Shown here: positions 15,001-28,513 of the stretch, piece by piece
Numbering within the stretch: position 1 is the first letter of the stretch
How the letters are laid out: every line of letters starts with the position of its first letter
Assembly (NCBI GenBank): GCA_032718475.1
Contig: JAUCBJ010008068.1
Location: forward strand, 28,393 to 92,392
DNA: 64,000 nucleotides
Source: Nemertoderma westbladi
Taxonomy: Eukaryota; Animalia; Xenacoelomorpha
Direction of reading: 5' to 3'
Notes under the pieces: generated by a model
Told to the model about the DNA's origin: nothing
Database searches by the model: none
Seen by the model: only the letters and a program-made list of their open reading frames with translations
Made by a program: the position numbers and the translations under genes

Positions 15001-18000
15001 GTTATGGAGAACTAACATATGGTACTGATAAGAAGGTGATTCTTTGTATGAACTGTTATGGAGAACTAACATATGGTACTGATATGAAGGTGATTCTTTG
15101 TAAGAACTGTTGTGGAGAACTAACATATGGTACTGATATGAAGGTGATTCTTTGTAAGAACTGTTATGGAGTACTAACATATGGTACTGATATGAAGGTG
15201 ATTCTTTGTAAGAACTGTTATGGAGAACTAACATATGGTACTGATATGAAGGTGATTCTTTCTAAGAACTGTTGTGGAGAACTAACATATGGTACTGATA
15301 TGAAGGTGATTCTTTGTAAGAACTGTTATGGAGAACTAACATATGGTACTGATATGAAGGTGATTCTTTGTAAGAACTGTTATGGAGTACTAACATATGG
15401 TACTGATATGAAGGTGATTCTTTGTAAGAACTGTTATGGAGTACTAACATATGGTACTGATATGAAGGTGATTCTTTGCAAGAACTGTTATGGAGTACTA
15501 ACATATGGTACTGATATGAAGGTGATTCTTTGCAAGAACTGTTATGGAGTACTAACATATGGTACTGATATGAAGGTGATTCTTTGCAAGAACTGTTATG
15601 GAGTACTAACATATGGTACTGATATGAAGGTGATTCTTTGTAAGAACTGTTATGGAGTACTAACATATGGTACTGATATGAAGGTGATTCTTTGTAAGAA
15701 CTGTTAATGGAGAACTAACATATGGTACAGATATGAAGGTGATTCTTTGTAAGAACTGTTATGGAGAACTAACATATGGTACTGATATGAAGGTGATTCT
15801 TTGTAAGAACTGTTAATGGAGAACTAACATATGGTACTGATATGAAGGTGATTCTTTGTAAGAACTGTTATGGAGTACTAACATATGGTACTGATATGAA
15901 GGTGATTCTTTGCAAGAACTGTTATGGAGTACTAACATATGGTACTGATATGAAGGTGATTCTTTGTAAGAACTGTTATGGAGAACTAACATATGGTACT
16001 GATATGAAGGTGATTCTTTGTAAGAACTGTTATGGAGTACTAACATATGGTACTGATATGAAGGTGATTCTTTGCAAGAACTGTTATGGAGTACTAACAT
16101 ATGGTACTGATATGAAGGTGATTCTTTGCAAGAACTGTTATGGAGTACTAACATATGGTACTGATATGAAGGTGATTCTTTGCAAGAACTGTTATGGAGT
16201 ACTAACATATGGTACTGATATGAAGGTGATTCTTTGTAAGAACTGTTATGGAGTACTAACATATGGTACTGATATGAAGGTGATTCTTTGTAAGAACTGT
16301 TAATGGAGAACTAACATATGGTACAGATATGAAGGTGATTCTTTGTAAGAACTGTTATGGAGAACTAACATATGGTACTGATATGAAGGTGATTCTTTGT
16401 AAGAACTGTTATGGAGAACTAACATATGGTACTGATATGAAGGTGATTCTTTGTAAGAACTGTTAATGGAGAACTAACATATGGTACTGATATGAAGGTG
16501 ATTCTTTGTAAGAACTGTTATGGAGAACTAACATATGGTACTGATATGAAGGTGATTCTTTGTAAGAACTGTTAATGGAGAACTAACATATGGTACTGAT
16601 ATGAAGGTGATTCTTTGTAAGAACTGTTATGAAGAACTAACATATGGTACTGATATGAAGGTGATTCTTTGTAAGAACTGTTATGGAGAACTAACATATG
16701 GTACAGATATGAAGGTTATTCTTTGTAAGAACTGTTATGAAGAACTAACATATGGTACTGATATGAAGGTGATTCTTTGTAAGAACTGTTATGGAGAACT
16801 AACATATGGTACTGATATGAAGGTGATTCTTTGTAAGAACTGTTATGAAGAACTAACATATGGTACTGATATGAAGGTGATTCTTTGTAAGAACTGTTAT
16901 GGAGAACTAACATATGGTACTGATATGAAGGTGATTCTTTGTAAGAACTGTTAATGGAGAACTAACATATGGTACTGATATGAAGGTGATTCTTTGTAAG
17001 AACTGTTAATGGAGAACTAACATATGGTACAGATATGAAGGTTATTCTTTGTAAGAACTGTTATGAAGAACTAACATATGGTACTGATATGAAGGTGATT
17101 CTTTGTAAGAACTGTTATGGAGAACTAACATATGGTACTGATATGAAGGTGATTCTTTGTAAGAACTGTTATGAAGAACTAACATATGGTACTGATATGA
17201 AGGTGATTCTTTGTAAGAACTGTTATGGAGAACTAACATATGGTACTGATATGAAGGTGATTCTTTGTAAGAACTGTTAATGGAGAACTAACATATGGTA
17301 CTGATATGAAGGTGATTCTTTGTAAGAACTGTTAATGGAGAACTAACATATGGTACATATATGAAGGTTATTCTTTGTAAGAACTGTTATGAAGAACTAA
17401 CATATGGTACTGATATGAAGGTGATTCTTTGTAAGAACTGTTATGGAGTACTAACATATGGTATTGATATGAAGGTGATTCTTTGTAAGAACTGTTAATG
17501 GAGAACTAACATATGGTACAGATATGAAGGTGATTCTTTGTAAGAACTGTTATGGAGAACTAACATATGGTACTGATATGAAGGTGATTCTTTGTAAGAA
17601 CTGTTATGGAGAACTAACATATGGTACTGATATGAAGGTGATTCTTTGTAAGAACTGTTATGGAGAACTAACATATGGTACTGATATGAAGGTGATTCTT
17701 TGTAAGAACTGTTATGGAGTACTAACATATGGTACTGATATGAAGGTGATTCTTTATAAGAACTGTTATGGAGAACTAACATATGGTACTGATATGAAGG
17801 TGATTCTTTGTAAGAACTGTTAATGGAGAACTAACATATGGTACTGATATGAAGGTGATTCTTTGTAAGAACTGTTATGGAGTACTAACATATGGTACTG
17901 ATATGAAGGTGATTCTTTATAAGAACTGTTATGGAGAACTAACATATGGTACTGATATGAAGGTGATTCTTTGTAAGAACTGTTAATGGAGAACTAACAT

Positions 18001-21000
18001 ATGGTACTGATATGAAGGTGATTCTTTGTAAGAACTGTTATGGAGTACTAACATATGGTACTGATATGAAGGTGATTCTTTATAAGAACTGTTATGGAGA
18101 ACTAACATATGGTACTGATATGAAGGTGATTCTTTGTAAGAACTGTTAATGGAGAACTAACATATGGTACAGATATGAAGGTGATTCTTTGTAAGAACTG
18201 TTATGAAGAACTAACATATGGTATTGATATGAAGGTGATTCTTTGTAAGAACTGTTAATGGAGAACTAACATATGGTACTGATATGAAGGTGATTCTTTG
18301 TAAGAACTGTTATGGAGAACTAACATATGGTACTGATATGAAGGTGATTCTTTGTAAGAACTGTTATGGAGAACTAACATATGGTACTGATATGAAGGTG
18401 ATTCTTTGTAAGAACTGTTATGGAGTACTAACATATGGTACTGATATGAAGGTGATTCTTTATAAGAACTGTTATGGAGAACTAACATATGGTACTGATA
18501 TGAAGGTGATTCTTTGTAAGAACTGTTAATGGAGAACTAACATATGGTACAGATATGAAGGTGATTCTTTGTAAGAACTGTTATGAAGAACTAACATATG
18601 GTATTGATATGAAGGTGATTCTTTGTAAGAACTGTTAATGGAGAACTAACATATGGTACTGATATGAAGGTGATTCTTTGTAAGAACTGTTATGGAGAAC
18701 TAACATATATTACTGATATGAAGGTGATTCTTTGTAAGAACTGTTGTGGAGAACTAACATATGGTACAGATATGAAGGTGATTCTTTGTAAGAACTGTTA
18801 TGGAGTACTAACATATGGTACTGATATGAAGGTGATTCTTTGTAAGAACTGTTATGAAGAACTAACATATGGTACTGATATGAAGGTGATTCTTTATAAG
18901 AACTGTAATGGAGAACTAACATATGGTACTGATATGAAGGTGATTCTTTGTAAGAACTGTTATGGAGTACTAACATATGGTACTGATATGAAGATGATTC
19001 TTTGTAAGAACTGTTATGGAGAACTAACATATGGTACTGATATGAAGGTGATTCTTTGTAAGAACTGTTATGAAGAACTAACATATGGTACTGATATGAA
19101 GGTGATTCTTTGTAAGAACTGTTATGAAGAACTAACATATGGTACTGATATGAAGGTGATTCTTTATAAGAACTGTAATGGAGAACTAACATATGGTACT
19201 GATATGAAGGTGATTCTTTGTAAGAACTGTTATGGAGTACTAACATATGGTACTGATATGAAGATGATTCTTTGTAAGAACTGTTATGAAGAACTAACAT
19301 ATGGTACTGATATGAAGGTGATTCTTTGTAAGAACTGTTATGAAGAACTAACATATGGTACTGATATGAAGATGATTCTTTGTAAGAACTGTTATGGAGA
19401 ACTAACATATGGTACTGATATGAAGGTGATTCTTTGTAAGAACTGTTATGGAGAACTAACATATGGTATTGATATGAAGGTGATTCTTTGTAAGAACTGT
19501 TATGAAGAACTAACATATGGTACTGATATGAAGGTGATTCTTTATAAGAACTGTAATGGAGAACTAACATATGGTACTGATATGAAGGTGATTCTTTGTA
19601 AGAACTGTTATGGAGTACTAACATATGGTACTGATATGAAGGTGATTCTTTGTAAGAACTGTTATGAAGAACTAACATATGGTACTGATATGAAGGTGAT
19701 TCTTTATAAGAACTGTAATGGAGAACTAACATATGGTACTGATATGAAGGTGATTCTTTGTAAGAACTGTTATGGAGTACTAACATATGGTACTGATATG
19801 AAGATGATTCTTTGTAAGAACTGTTATGGAGAACTAACATATGGTACTGATATGAAGGTGATTCTTTGTAAGAACTGTTATGAAGAACTAACATATGGTA
19901 CTGATATGAAGGTGATTCTTTGTAAGAACTGTTATGAAGAACTAACATATGGTACTGATATGAAGGTGATTCTTTATAAGAACTGTAATGGAGAACTAAC
20001 ATATGGTACTGATATGAAGGTGATTCTTTGTAAGAACTGTTATGGAGTACTAACATATGGTACTGATATGAAGATGATTCTTTGTAAGAACTGTTATGAA
20101 GAACTAACATATGGTACTGATATGAAGGTGATTCTTTGTAAGAACTGTTATGAAGAACTAACATATGGTACTGATATGAAGATGATTCTTTGTAAGAACT
20201 GTTATGGAGAACTAACATATGGTACTGATATGAAGGTGATTCTTTGTAAGAACTGTTATGAAGAACTAACATATGGTACTGATATGAAGGTGATTCTTTG
20301 TAAGAACTGTTATGAAGAACTAACATATGGTACTGATATGAAGGTGATTCTTTATAAGAACTGTAATGGAGAACTAACATATGGTACTGATATGAAGGTG
20401 ATTCTTTGTAAGAACTGTTATGGAGTACTAACATATGGTACTGATATGAAGGTGATTCTTTGTAAGAACTGTTATGGATAACTAACATATGGTACTGATA
20501 TGAAGGTGATTCTTTGTAAGAACTGTTATGGAGTACTAACATATGGTACTGATATGAAGGTGATTCTTTGTAAGAACTGTTATGGATAACTAACATATGG
20601 TACTGATATGAAGATGATTCTTTGTAAGAACTGTTATGGAGAACTAACATATGGTACTGATATGAAGGTGATTCTTTGTAAGAACTGTTATGGAGAACTA
20701 ACATATGGTACTGATATGAAGATGATTCTTTGTAAGAACTGTTATGGAGAACTAACATATGGTACTGATATGAAGGTGATTCTTTGTAAGAACTGTTATG
20801 GAGAACTAACATATGGTACTGATATGAAGGTGATTCTTTGTAAGAACTGTTATGGAGAACTAACATATGGTACTGATATGAAGATGATTCTTTGTAAGAA
20901 CTGTTATGGAGAACTAACATATGGTACTGATATGAAGGTGATTCTTTGTAAGAACTGTTATGGAGAACTAACATATGGTACTGATATGAAGATGATTCTT

Positions 21001-22194
21001 TGTAAGAACTGTTATGGAGAACTAACATATGGTACTGATATGAAGGTGATTCTTTGTAAGAACTGTTATGGAGTACTAACATATGGTACTGATATGAAGG
21101 TGATTCTTTGTAAGAACTGTTATGGAGAACTAACATATGGTACTGATATGAAGGTGATTCTTTGTAAGAACTGTTATGGAGAACTAACATATGGTATTGA
21201 TATGAAGGTGATTCTTTGTAAGAACTGTTAATGGAGAACTAACATATGGTACTGATATGAAGGTGATTCTTTGTAAGAACTGTTATGGAGAACTAACATA
21301 TATTACTGATATGAAGGTGATTCTTTGTAAGAACTGTTGTGGAGAACTAACATATGGTACAGATATGAAGGTGATTCTTTGTAAGAACTGTTATGGAGTA
21401 CTAACATATGGTATTGATATGAAGGTGATTCTTTGTAAGAACTGTTAATGGAGAACTAACATATGGTACTGATATGAAGGTGATTCTTTGTAAGAACTGT
21501 TATGGAGTACTAACATATGGTATTGATATGAAGGTGATTCTTTGTAAGAACTGTTATGAAGAACTAACATATGGTACTGATATGAAGGTGATTCTTTATA
21601 AGAACTGTTATGAAGAACTAACATATGGTACTGATATGAAGGTGATTCTTTATAAGAACTGTAATGGAGAACTAACATATGGTACTGATATGAAGGTGAT
21701 TCTTTGTAAGAACTGTTATGGAGTACTAACATATGGTACTGATATGAAGGTGATTCTTTGTAAGAACTGTTATGAAGAACTAACATATGGTACTGATATG
21801 AAGGTGATTCTTTATAAGAACTGTAATGGAGAACTAACATATGGTACTGATATGAAGGTGATTCTTTGTAAGAACTGTTATGGAGTACTAACATATGGTA
21901 CTGATATGAAGATGATTCTTTGTAAGAACTGTTATGGAGAACTAACATATGGTACTGATATGAAGGTGATTCTTTGTAAGAACTGTTATGAAGAACTAAC
22001 ATATGGTACTGATATGAAGGTGATTCTTTGTAAGAACTGTTATGAAGAACTAACATATGGTATTGATATGAAGGTGATTCTTTGTAAGAACTGTTATGAA
22101 GAACTAACATATGGTACTGATATGAAGGTGATTCTTTGTAAGAACTGTTATGAAGAACTAACATATGGTACTGATATGAAGGTGATTCTTTGTA
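1..22194. repeat. 54-bp tandem satellite, ~410 copies, runs off the left edge; probably intronic in the minus-strand lectin/TSP1/EGF gene
   Basis: Consensus AAGGTGATTCTTTGTAAGAACTGTTATGGAGAACTAACATATGGTACTGATATG repeated head-to-tail, with recurrent point variants and a 55-bp (+A) variant; ends abruptly at 22194. Confidence 0.99.
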
Positions 22195-22381
22195 CAACTT
22201 GCATTATACAACTCGGTTATTTATTCTAAAGTTCTCACGGTTTTATTTTTCTAATCATCTCATATCACAATAATTCTAAAACAACTATTCATTAAAATAT
22301 ACAGTAATTGTAAACAATCAGTGGCAAATTTTGACATTCCAGCTAAAGCTAAAGGTTCTTGTTGGTATTGCATTATTAGAC

Positions 22382-22584
22382 ATAATTGCAGTGATCTACT
22401 GCCACATACCTACAGTACTGGTCAGCAATAACGATAATAACCTTTTAGATAATTGCAGTGATCTACTGCCACTTACCTACAGTACAGGTCAGTAATAACG
22501 ATGATAACCTTTTAGATAATTGCAGTGATCTACTGCCACATACCTACCGTACTGGTCAGCAATAACGATAATAACACTTTAGAT
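22382..22584. repeat. 67-bp tandem repeat, 3 copies
   Basis: ATAATTGCAGTGATCTACTGCCAC... starts at 22382, 22449 and 22516. Confidence 0.95.
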
Positions 22585-22764
22585 AAGAAACATGTTGATA
22601 ATATTTATGTCGACTTAGAAAGTGATCGAAATGTTGGTAGATACAAAATTTTTCCATTGGAATAATCAACTTGATCTATTTACTTTCAGGGGCGAGCCGG
22701 AAGGAGAATACAATAATACTAGGTATATATAAATATATATAATATATAGAGATTATGTACCTAC

Positions 22765-22902
22765 CTGTGCAGTTTATACCTTGACCATGTCCTTGATACC
22801 CTCCCTCAAATTCGAATCCTGCATAGCAACTGCAGTTATAGGTACCTGGTATATTGTCACACATATGATGGCAATCATGCATATTTATACATTCATTGTA
22901 AT
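22765..22902 (-). CDS. Mosaic lectin/TSP1/EGF gene, visible exon 8: calcium-binding EGF domain
   Basis: tttag acceptor, gtaggt donor, phase 1-1; (D)YNECINMHDCHHMCDNIPGTYNCSCYAGFEFEGGYQGHGQGINCT, six-Cys cbEGF pattern. Confidence 0.9.
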
Positions 22903-23284
22903 CTAAATAATGCAAATGGTTAAAACATAATAATATGCAGAGATTATAGGCAAGAAAAAGATGGACATCTCTATATTGGTTGACTCATGTTCTTGACCAG
23001 TCATTGGTATACTGTATTAGGACAATCCTTCTGTGTGACCAAGTCCTATACACATATACCAGCAGCGGATAGGAAAAGCGAAAAATACAACTTAATTCAT
23101 ATTTGCTGGTTACAACTTATATATAATTTATTGTTAAAATTGACATAATTTACCTCTTTTTATATATTTTACCACCGGCAAATTGTATTACTTAATTTAC
23201 TGCGATGTACGTTCCATTCAGCATTGTATTCTGTATCTTACTCCAACTTCCAGGACAGCCAATTGTGAAGTAGTCATGCTTCAA

Positions 23285-23923
23285 AAGAAGTAGATAGATC
23301 GGCATTGTGGAGTAATCTGATTGCTTTTGGGTTTTGGGGTATAGTACTTGCAAAAGCTTTTATAAAGATGTAAAATCTCGGGTACTGGTGGTTAATGAGT
23401 ATCTAAGGAAATTGACTGCTAACTGGAACTTGACTTCGGCTGAATGCTTATCCTATTTGCTATTCCTATTTGCTTTGTTCATTAATGAATTGGAGGCTAA
23501 GCTTTCAAGTGGTGGCTTTGATGGTGTTTCGAATGGATGTTTGAAACTAATTATTCTGCTATTTGCAGACGATATTATTATAATAGCTGAAACTGAAAGT
23601 CGTTTACAAAGGTCCCTAAATCTTATGAGCTCATATTGTAGCAGCTACAACATAGAGATCGGGGAGGTGTTTAGAAGTGGTAGACCCCTGCGAGAAAACA
23701 ATCACTGGTCAGTGGATGGTTATTAGCTGAAAGTGGTAAATCAATATATTTATTTAGGCGCCCCCCTTCTGAAGTAGCTGTAAATTCTCTTTGGGACAGT
23801 CGCATCTAGTGGATAAGGCTAGGCTAGTAAAGCTTATTTTCTCTTTGGTGATTTTCTCTTTTATCCAGTTCCCATGCATTTCATTTTCAGTAGCTTTAGC
23901 ATTGAAATTATTTAATAGCTTAA
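23285..23923 (+). mobile_element. Degraded non-LTR retrotransposon RT fragment (RTE-X-like), left part
   Basis: Translates CLSYLLFLFALFINEL...ILLFADD...LQRSLN; disrupted by stops and frameshifts; continues after the TTAA element at 25516. Confidence 0.8.
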
Positions 23924-23927
23924 TTAA

Positions 23928-25511
23928 CCCTATTAGTACCGGGCTATAAAATGTTGTACAAATACCGGGGGGGGGGGGGGCGTCATATTGACCCCCCCCC
24001 CCCCCCCCCCCCTCTAAAATCTACAAATATTTACGAAAACGTCTGATTTTTTGTTTGTACGTAGGTATCACTTGTCTGGATCCGACCGAAAAAAAAATTG
24101 TTCGAAAAAATGTACTGGGGTGGTTATATTGCAGCACCAAAATTACAAGTAGTGCACAATTTTCACAAAATTTGAAAGTTACATTTTCGGCTAATTATTT
24201 TTCAATACAGGTTTTCTGGGGTGAAAAATACATTGGAAATATTTAAAAATGATATGATTACTATAAATGGTTGTTTTGTTTAGTCCTCTCTCCGTAGGAA
24301 AAAAATGAAAAAAAAACAAGTAACCAGCACTTTTCAGTTAGAACACAAAATTTTTAATTCACTTATACGATGCTATAAATTCACATTTTCAGGTTTTCGA
24401 GGGCGCTGATTCTAATGGAATACATTTCTAATATGCCAGATCATTGCTACTTGTATTTTTCGGCGTAATTTGACAAATTTTGGTGCTAGCACCAAATTTC
24501 GTACCCATCACCAAAAAGTACAAGTTTGCGATGTCCAGTGCTGTTTTTATTGATTCCATCGGATTCAGGACCCTCATAAACCCGTATAACGCAAGAAACA
24601 AGGTGATACTATCTACTTATCAATTTGCATATTTTCCAAAATTTGGTGCTAGCACAACAATTTTCACCCACCGGCGAAAAATACAAGTTTGAGAACTCTT
24701 ATGAAATTTTTACTGATTCCATTGAATTCAGAACCATCACAAACCCGTATAACGCAAGAAACAAGGTGACACAATCAATTGATATATTTGATGGTTTTCA
24801 AAATTTGGTGCTAACACCACATTTTGCACCCACATCCGAAAAATACAAGTTTGAGATGTCTAGTTCGATAATTATATTTTCCATTGAATTCAGAACAGAA
24901 ATAAACCTCTAAAACGCAAGAAATAAATTGTCACAAGCAATTTTATCTATTTAATGGATTTTCAAAATTTTGTGCTGGCACCAAAATTTGCACACAGCAC
25001 CGAAAAATACAAGTTTGATGCGCTTGGTGGAACTCGTATATATTTCATCGAATCCAGAACCCCAAAAAACCCCAATTGCGTAAAAAACAAGTTTCAAACA
25101 ATCAATTTACAAAATTGACTTATTTCAAAATTTGGTGCTGGCACCAAAATTTGGCACCCACCGAAAAAAACAAATTTGAAATTTCTAAATCAATTTATAT
25201 GAATTCCATCCAATTTCTAACACCAAAAAACCGGTGTAAATCAAAAATAGAGATGTTACAATTCATATTTAATGAAATGTAATTTTCAAAAAACGTCTCA
25301 AAAAAAGTGCCAAAAGTTGGGTTAAAAAATGGTGCTATAACTCGAAAAGTACCCAATATTTTTGAAAACGGTTTTCACTACTAGGAAGACAATAGATTTT
25401 TAGGAAAAGTCATAAAATTTCAGATTCCCAACTGCGTTTGTTTCAGAATTATAATAAAAAAACCACGGGGGGGTCATATTGACCCCCCCCCCCCCCCGGG
25501 GTTTAATAGGG
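23928..25511. mobile_element. Non-autonomous piggyBac-type DNA transposon (~1.58 kb)
   Basis: TTAA at 23924-23927 and 25512-25515; termini CCCTATTA...TAATAGGG; subterminal palindromes (G)n-GTCATATTGAC-(C)n at both ends; no transposase ORF; splits a LINE reading frame (LKLFNSLI|KPM). Confidence 0.88.
24470..25290. repeat. ~163-bp diverged tandem repeat (~5 copies) inside the piggyBac-type element
   Basis: TTT(G/T)GTGCT(A/G) recurs near 24478, 24642, 24804, 24969 and 25131, each followed by AAAATACAAGTTTGA-like and AACGCAAGAAA-like blocks. Confidence 0.8.
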
Positions 25512-25515
25512 TTAA

Positions 25516-25690
25516 GCCAATGTTTATTTATATGTTGCTGCGTGGTGAGGATTTCATCCCGCTCCTGATATTGAGCTTCAGCATCGAAAATTTATACAAA
25601 ACTTCTTATGTGTTGAAGAATCCACCCCGTATTTCACCATTTGTGGTGAATCGGGTGAGTTCCCATTATTTATGGATCGGAAAGTTTTCA
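25516..25690 (+). mobile_element. Degraded LINE fragment, right part (post-RT region)
   Basis: Translates GFHPAPDIELQHRKFIQNFLCVEESTPYFTICGESGEFPLF, typical of the C-terminal region of RTE-X-like ORF2. Confidence 0.65.
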
Positions 25691-25889
25691 TGAGGCCAAA
25701 GTCCCTGCCAACAATTGGTCCGTCCATTTCTCAAACCTTTTCACACAAGCCTCAACTCATAAGTTGCCAGATCTCCCCATTTACCCAGTCCCTGGATAAG
25801 CAATGATGCTTGCAAAGCCGGATTTGGTTGTGTTTTCCCTTTTCTGTGGCACCTATTCGCAGTTTGTTTCAACTCTGCCCCGTGTCCTA

Positions 25890-27330
25890 TTGTTTGGTTG
25901 ACATCATTACTTGTAATCCCAATGTTCAAGAGGAAAGGTCTAAAGTCGTCCCCTGACTCGTATAGAGGAGTTGCTCCTCTTTCTTGTTTGTTAAAAACTT
26001 ACAGTACAATTCTCTTTACTCGATTATACTCATGGGTTGAGTTCAACAACAAACTCCCAGATGCTCGATATGGATTCCATAAGAGCAGATCGACTATAAT
26101 GGCTGTAAAGGTTTTACTTAGTTTTATTGGTAATGCATTATCTGTTCGGGGTGGTCAATGGTCATGTATGTGGTGTTTTTATCGACATTACAAAAGCCTT
26201 TGACACCGTTGACAGAATAAGACTCTGTAACAAATTATCTTCTTTAGGTATAAGTCGCGCCTTCATTGCAGTCATATGGGGTCTCATTGCGATTAATTTT
26301 ATTAGAATTTGCATCGGCTCGATTTTAACTAACCCAATAATCGCCCAGATGATCGGAATAATCCAAGGGGATAAATTATCGCCTCTGTTGTTCGCTATAT
26401 TTATAGCGGATCTTCCAGTGGCTTTAGTTGGAATAGGTGTTTTTCTCATCCTATATGCTGATGATCTTACGCTATACGATATGAATATGGAAACTTACTC
26501 GAGTCAGCCCAACTTGCTCTTGACGAGTTGGCTGTGTACTGTGATGAGATTGCTCTCATGGTAAACTTCTCTAAAACAAAGGCAGCAAAATTCCGGCAGG
26601 ATGGTAAACTATCGCGTTCGGATAAACTTATCCACAAGGGTGAATCCATCATGTTTGTAAATAATTTTAACTATTTGGGCATTTTTTTTAACTACAAAGA
26701 ACTCCTCCACTGGCACTTCTCACATCCTTACAGAAAAGGTATAGCATCTTGAAGATGCTATACCTTTTCTGTAAGGATGTGACTTGTATGCATTTAGCAT
26801 CAATGGTACAAATGAGAGCGGTTTCTTTGGACACGGCACTCTATTGCTGGCTACTACTTACGGCTGCTCCACATTTTGCTATATCTAGAGTGAACAACAG
26901 CTGCTTCAACTTCTGCACATTGTGAAAGTACATGGTTTTTATTACATACTTTGGTGCTGTATTAGTAAATTCTCATCTACAACTAATATCCTACAGGCTG
27001 TAGACCGAGCCAGCGCAGCGCCTCAATCTCACTAAAGAATTTGTTGGGATATCGCCGGAGAGTCTCCTCTCAATTCTTGTCAAACGGGTACCATCATCAC
27101 AAACTGTGTACGAACAGAAGCTGCGGGAGGCTAACGTTAGACTGTGTGTGCCGTCTCTGTGATTCAGCAGCCCACACAATAGATCACTCCATGACTTGCC
27201 CTTCCTTGGAAGACACACACCCTAACAATTTTATTCAACTCGCGACTCACCTTGACACCTTGCGATTTTGTTTATTTATATTTTAATTAGTTATAATAAA
27301 TAATTAATAATAAATAATTAGTTATAAAAT
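25890..27330 (+). mobile_element. Second degraded, 5'-truncated LINE (RT plus Cys/His C-terminus, AT-rich tail)
   Basis: YRGVAPLS, YGFHKSRST, FIDITKAFDTV, GIIQGDKLSPLLF and LYADDL across frameshifted ORFs; CVCRLCD...H..TCP at 27140-27200; (TAA)-rich tail near 27290-27320. Confidence 0.88.
26720..26782. repeat. Perfect 31-bp inverted repeat with 1-nt spacer
   Basis: TCACATCCTTACAGAAAAGGTATAGCATCTT-G-AAGATGCTATACCTTTTCTGTAAGGATGTGA. Confidence 0.97.
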
Positions 27331-27747
27331 GTTGTTATGCAATTGTGGGTTATCCTAACCAAAACAATAAACGAGAGTCAAGATAACGAGCTAACGAGAA
27401 AAGGCAAGGACATAATATTTATTCTAAATAAATGAATGAATAAATTAATGAATAAATAATATGTCCTTGGTACAGGGTAGTTTCATTTTTGTTAATAAAT
27501 AACTGTTACCAGCAGCAGTTTCGGCTACCAGTTGTCGGCGTTAAGTTTACGCTCCATTTTGCCTTGGCCTTTATCCCCATAAGTGAGACTTTTGTGTTGG
27601 TTGGAGCTAGTGTTTGGTTTATCGACGGCCAAATATATTATATATTGTTATTGTTAATTTATGGCATAATATGCTTTATCTTTTTAAGCCTATTAGACTA
27701 TTTTGTATAGATGTTTCAAAAACATTATATATAGATTAATCTCCTAC

Positions 27748-27888
27748 CTGTACAGTTGATATCACGGCCATCTCCTTGATAACCCACCCCGAAATGGAAT
27801 CCATCGTAGCAACTACAGTTATAGCTGTAATCTGTATTTACACAGACTTGATGGCAGTCATCTGTATTATCCACACATTCATTGGAAT
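27748..27888 (-). CDS. Mosaic gene, visible exon 7: calcium-binding EGF domain
   Basis: gtttag acceptor, gtagga donor, phase 1-1; (D)SNECVDNTDDCHQVCVNTDYSYNCSCYDGFHFGVGYQGDGRDINCT. Confidence 0.9.
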
Positions 27889-28387
27889 CTAAACAATATT
27901 ATTATTATGCATATATAGTAGTGGCAATTGTGGCAATTGTATTCAGTATTGATACGGTATTCATATAATCGGAGAAATTTAAAAGTAGGCAGTTTACCTG
28001 TAATTAGTTGTAATATATCCATCCTACTGTTGTTGTTTATAATATGCATTAGTCCCTCTTTACTATTTCATATGAAACAACCCAGCCATTACGAATTATT
28101 GCATTGATATAGTTTAAAAAATATCTAACCTCTGAATCTCCGATAAATTTAATGAATTTTTATTATTTTTCCAGGATTACGCCCCGGTGGAAGTTAAATA
28201 GTTATATTTGATAAGATAAAATAAAATATAAATACATAAAATAAAATCAATAACAAAAGACAATAAATATTTAGTTTAAAGACAATATAAAGTCTACCTA
28301 CTACTGGCATATAGTGCATTATTTAATTCGTGGCAGGAATCGGTTATTTACTAATATAACAACAAACAGTTTATATTTGAAGTATAC

Positions 28388-28513
28388 CTTCACAAAGTAG
28401 AATACCATCGCCGGCAGTACCTTCCATACACATGCATGTAAATGAACCCAAGGTGTTGTTGCACTCAGCGTATTCGTGGCAATTGTGAGTATTATTCAAA
28501 CATTCGTCAATGT
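28388..28513 (-). CDS. Mosaic gene, visible exon 6: calcium-binding EGF domain
   Basis: ttccag acceptor, gtatac donor, phase 1-1; (D)[41 protein letters not shown]. Confidence 0.92.

Noticed and set aside
1-22194. CRISPR-like array
   Set aside because: No unique spacers, no cas genes, eukaryotic context; the same applies to the 49-bp array.
732-22229. Long ORFs on both strands (MKVILCKNCYGELTYGTD / MLVLHNSSYKESPSYQYH repeats, CxxC-like)
   Set aside because: A 54-bp unit divisible by 3 is open by chance; frequent +1 and stop variants are amplified, and substitutions are mostly non-synonymous.
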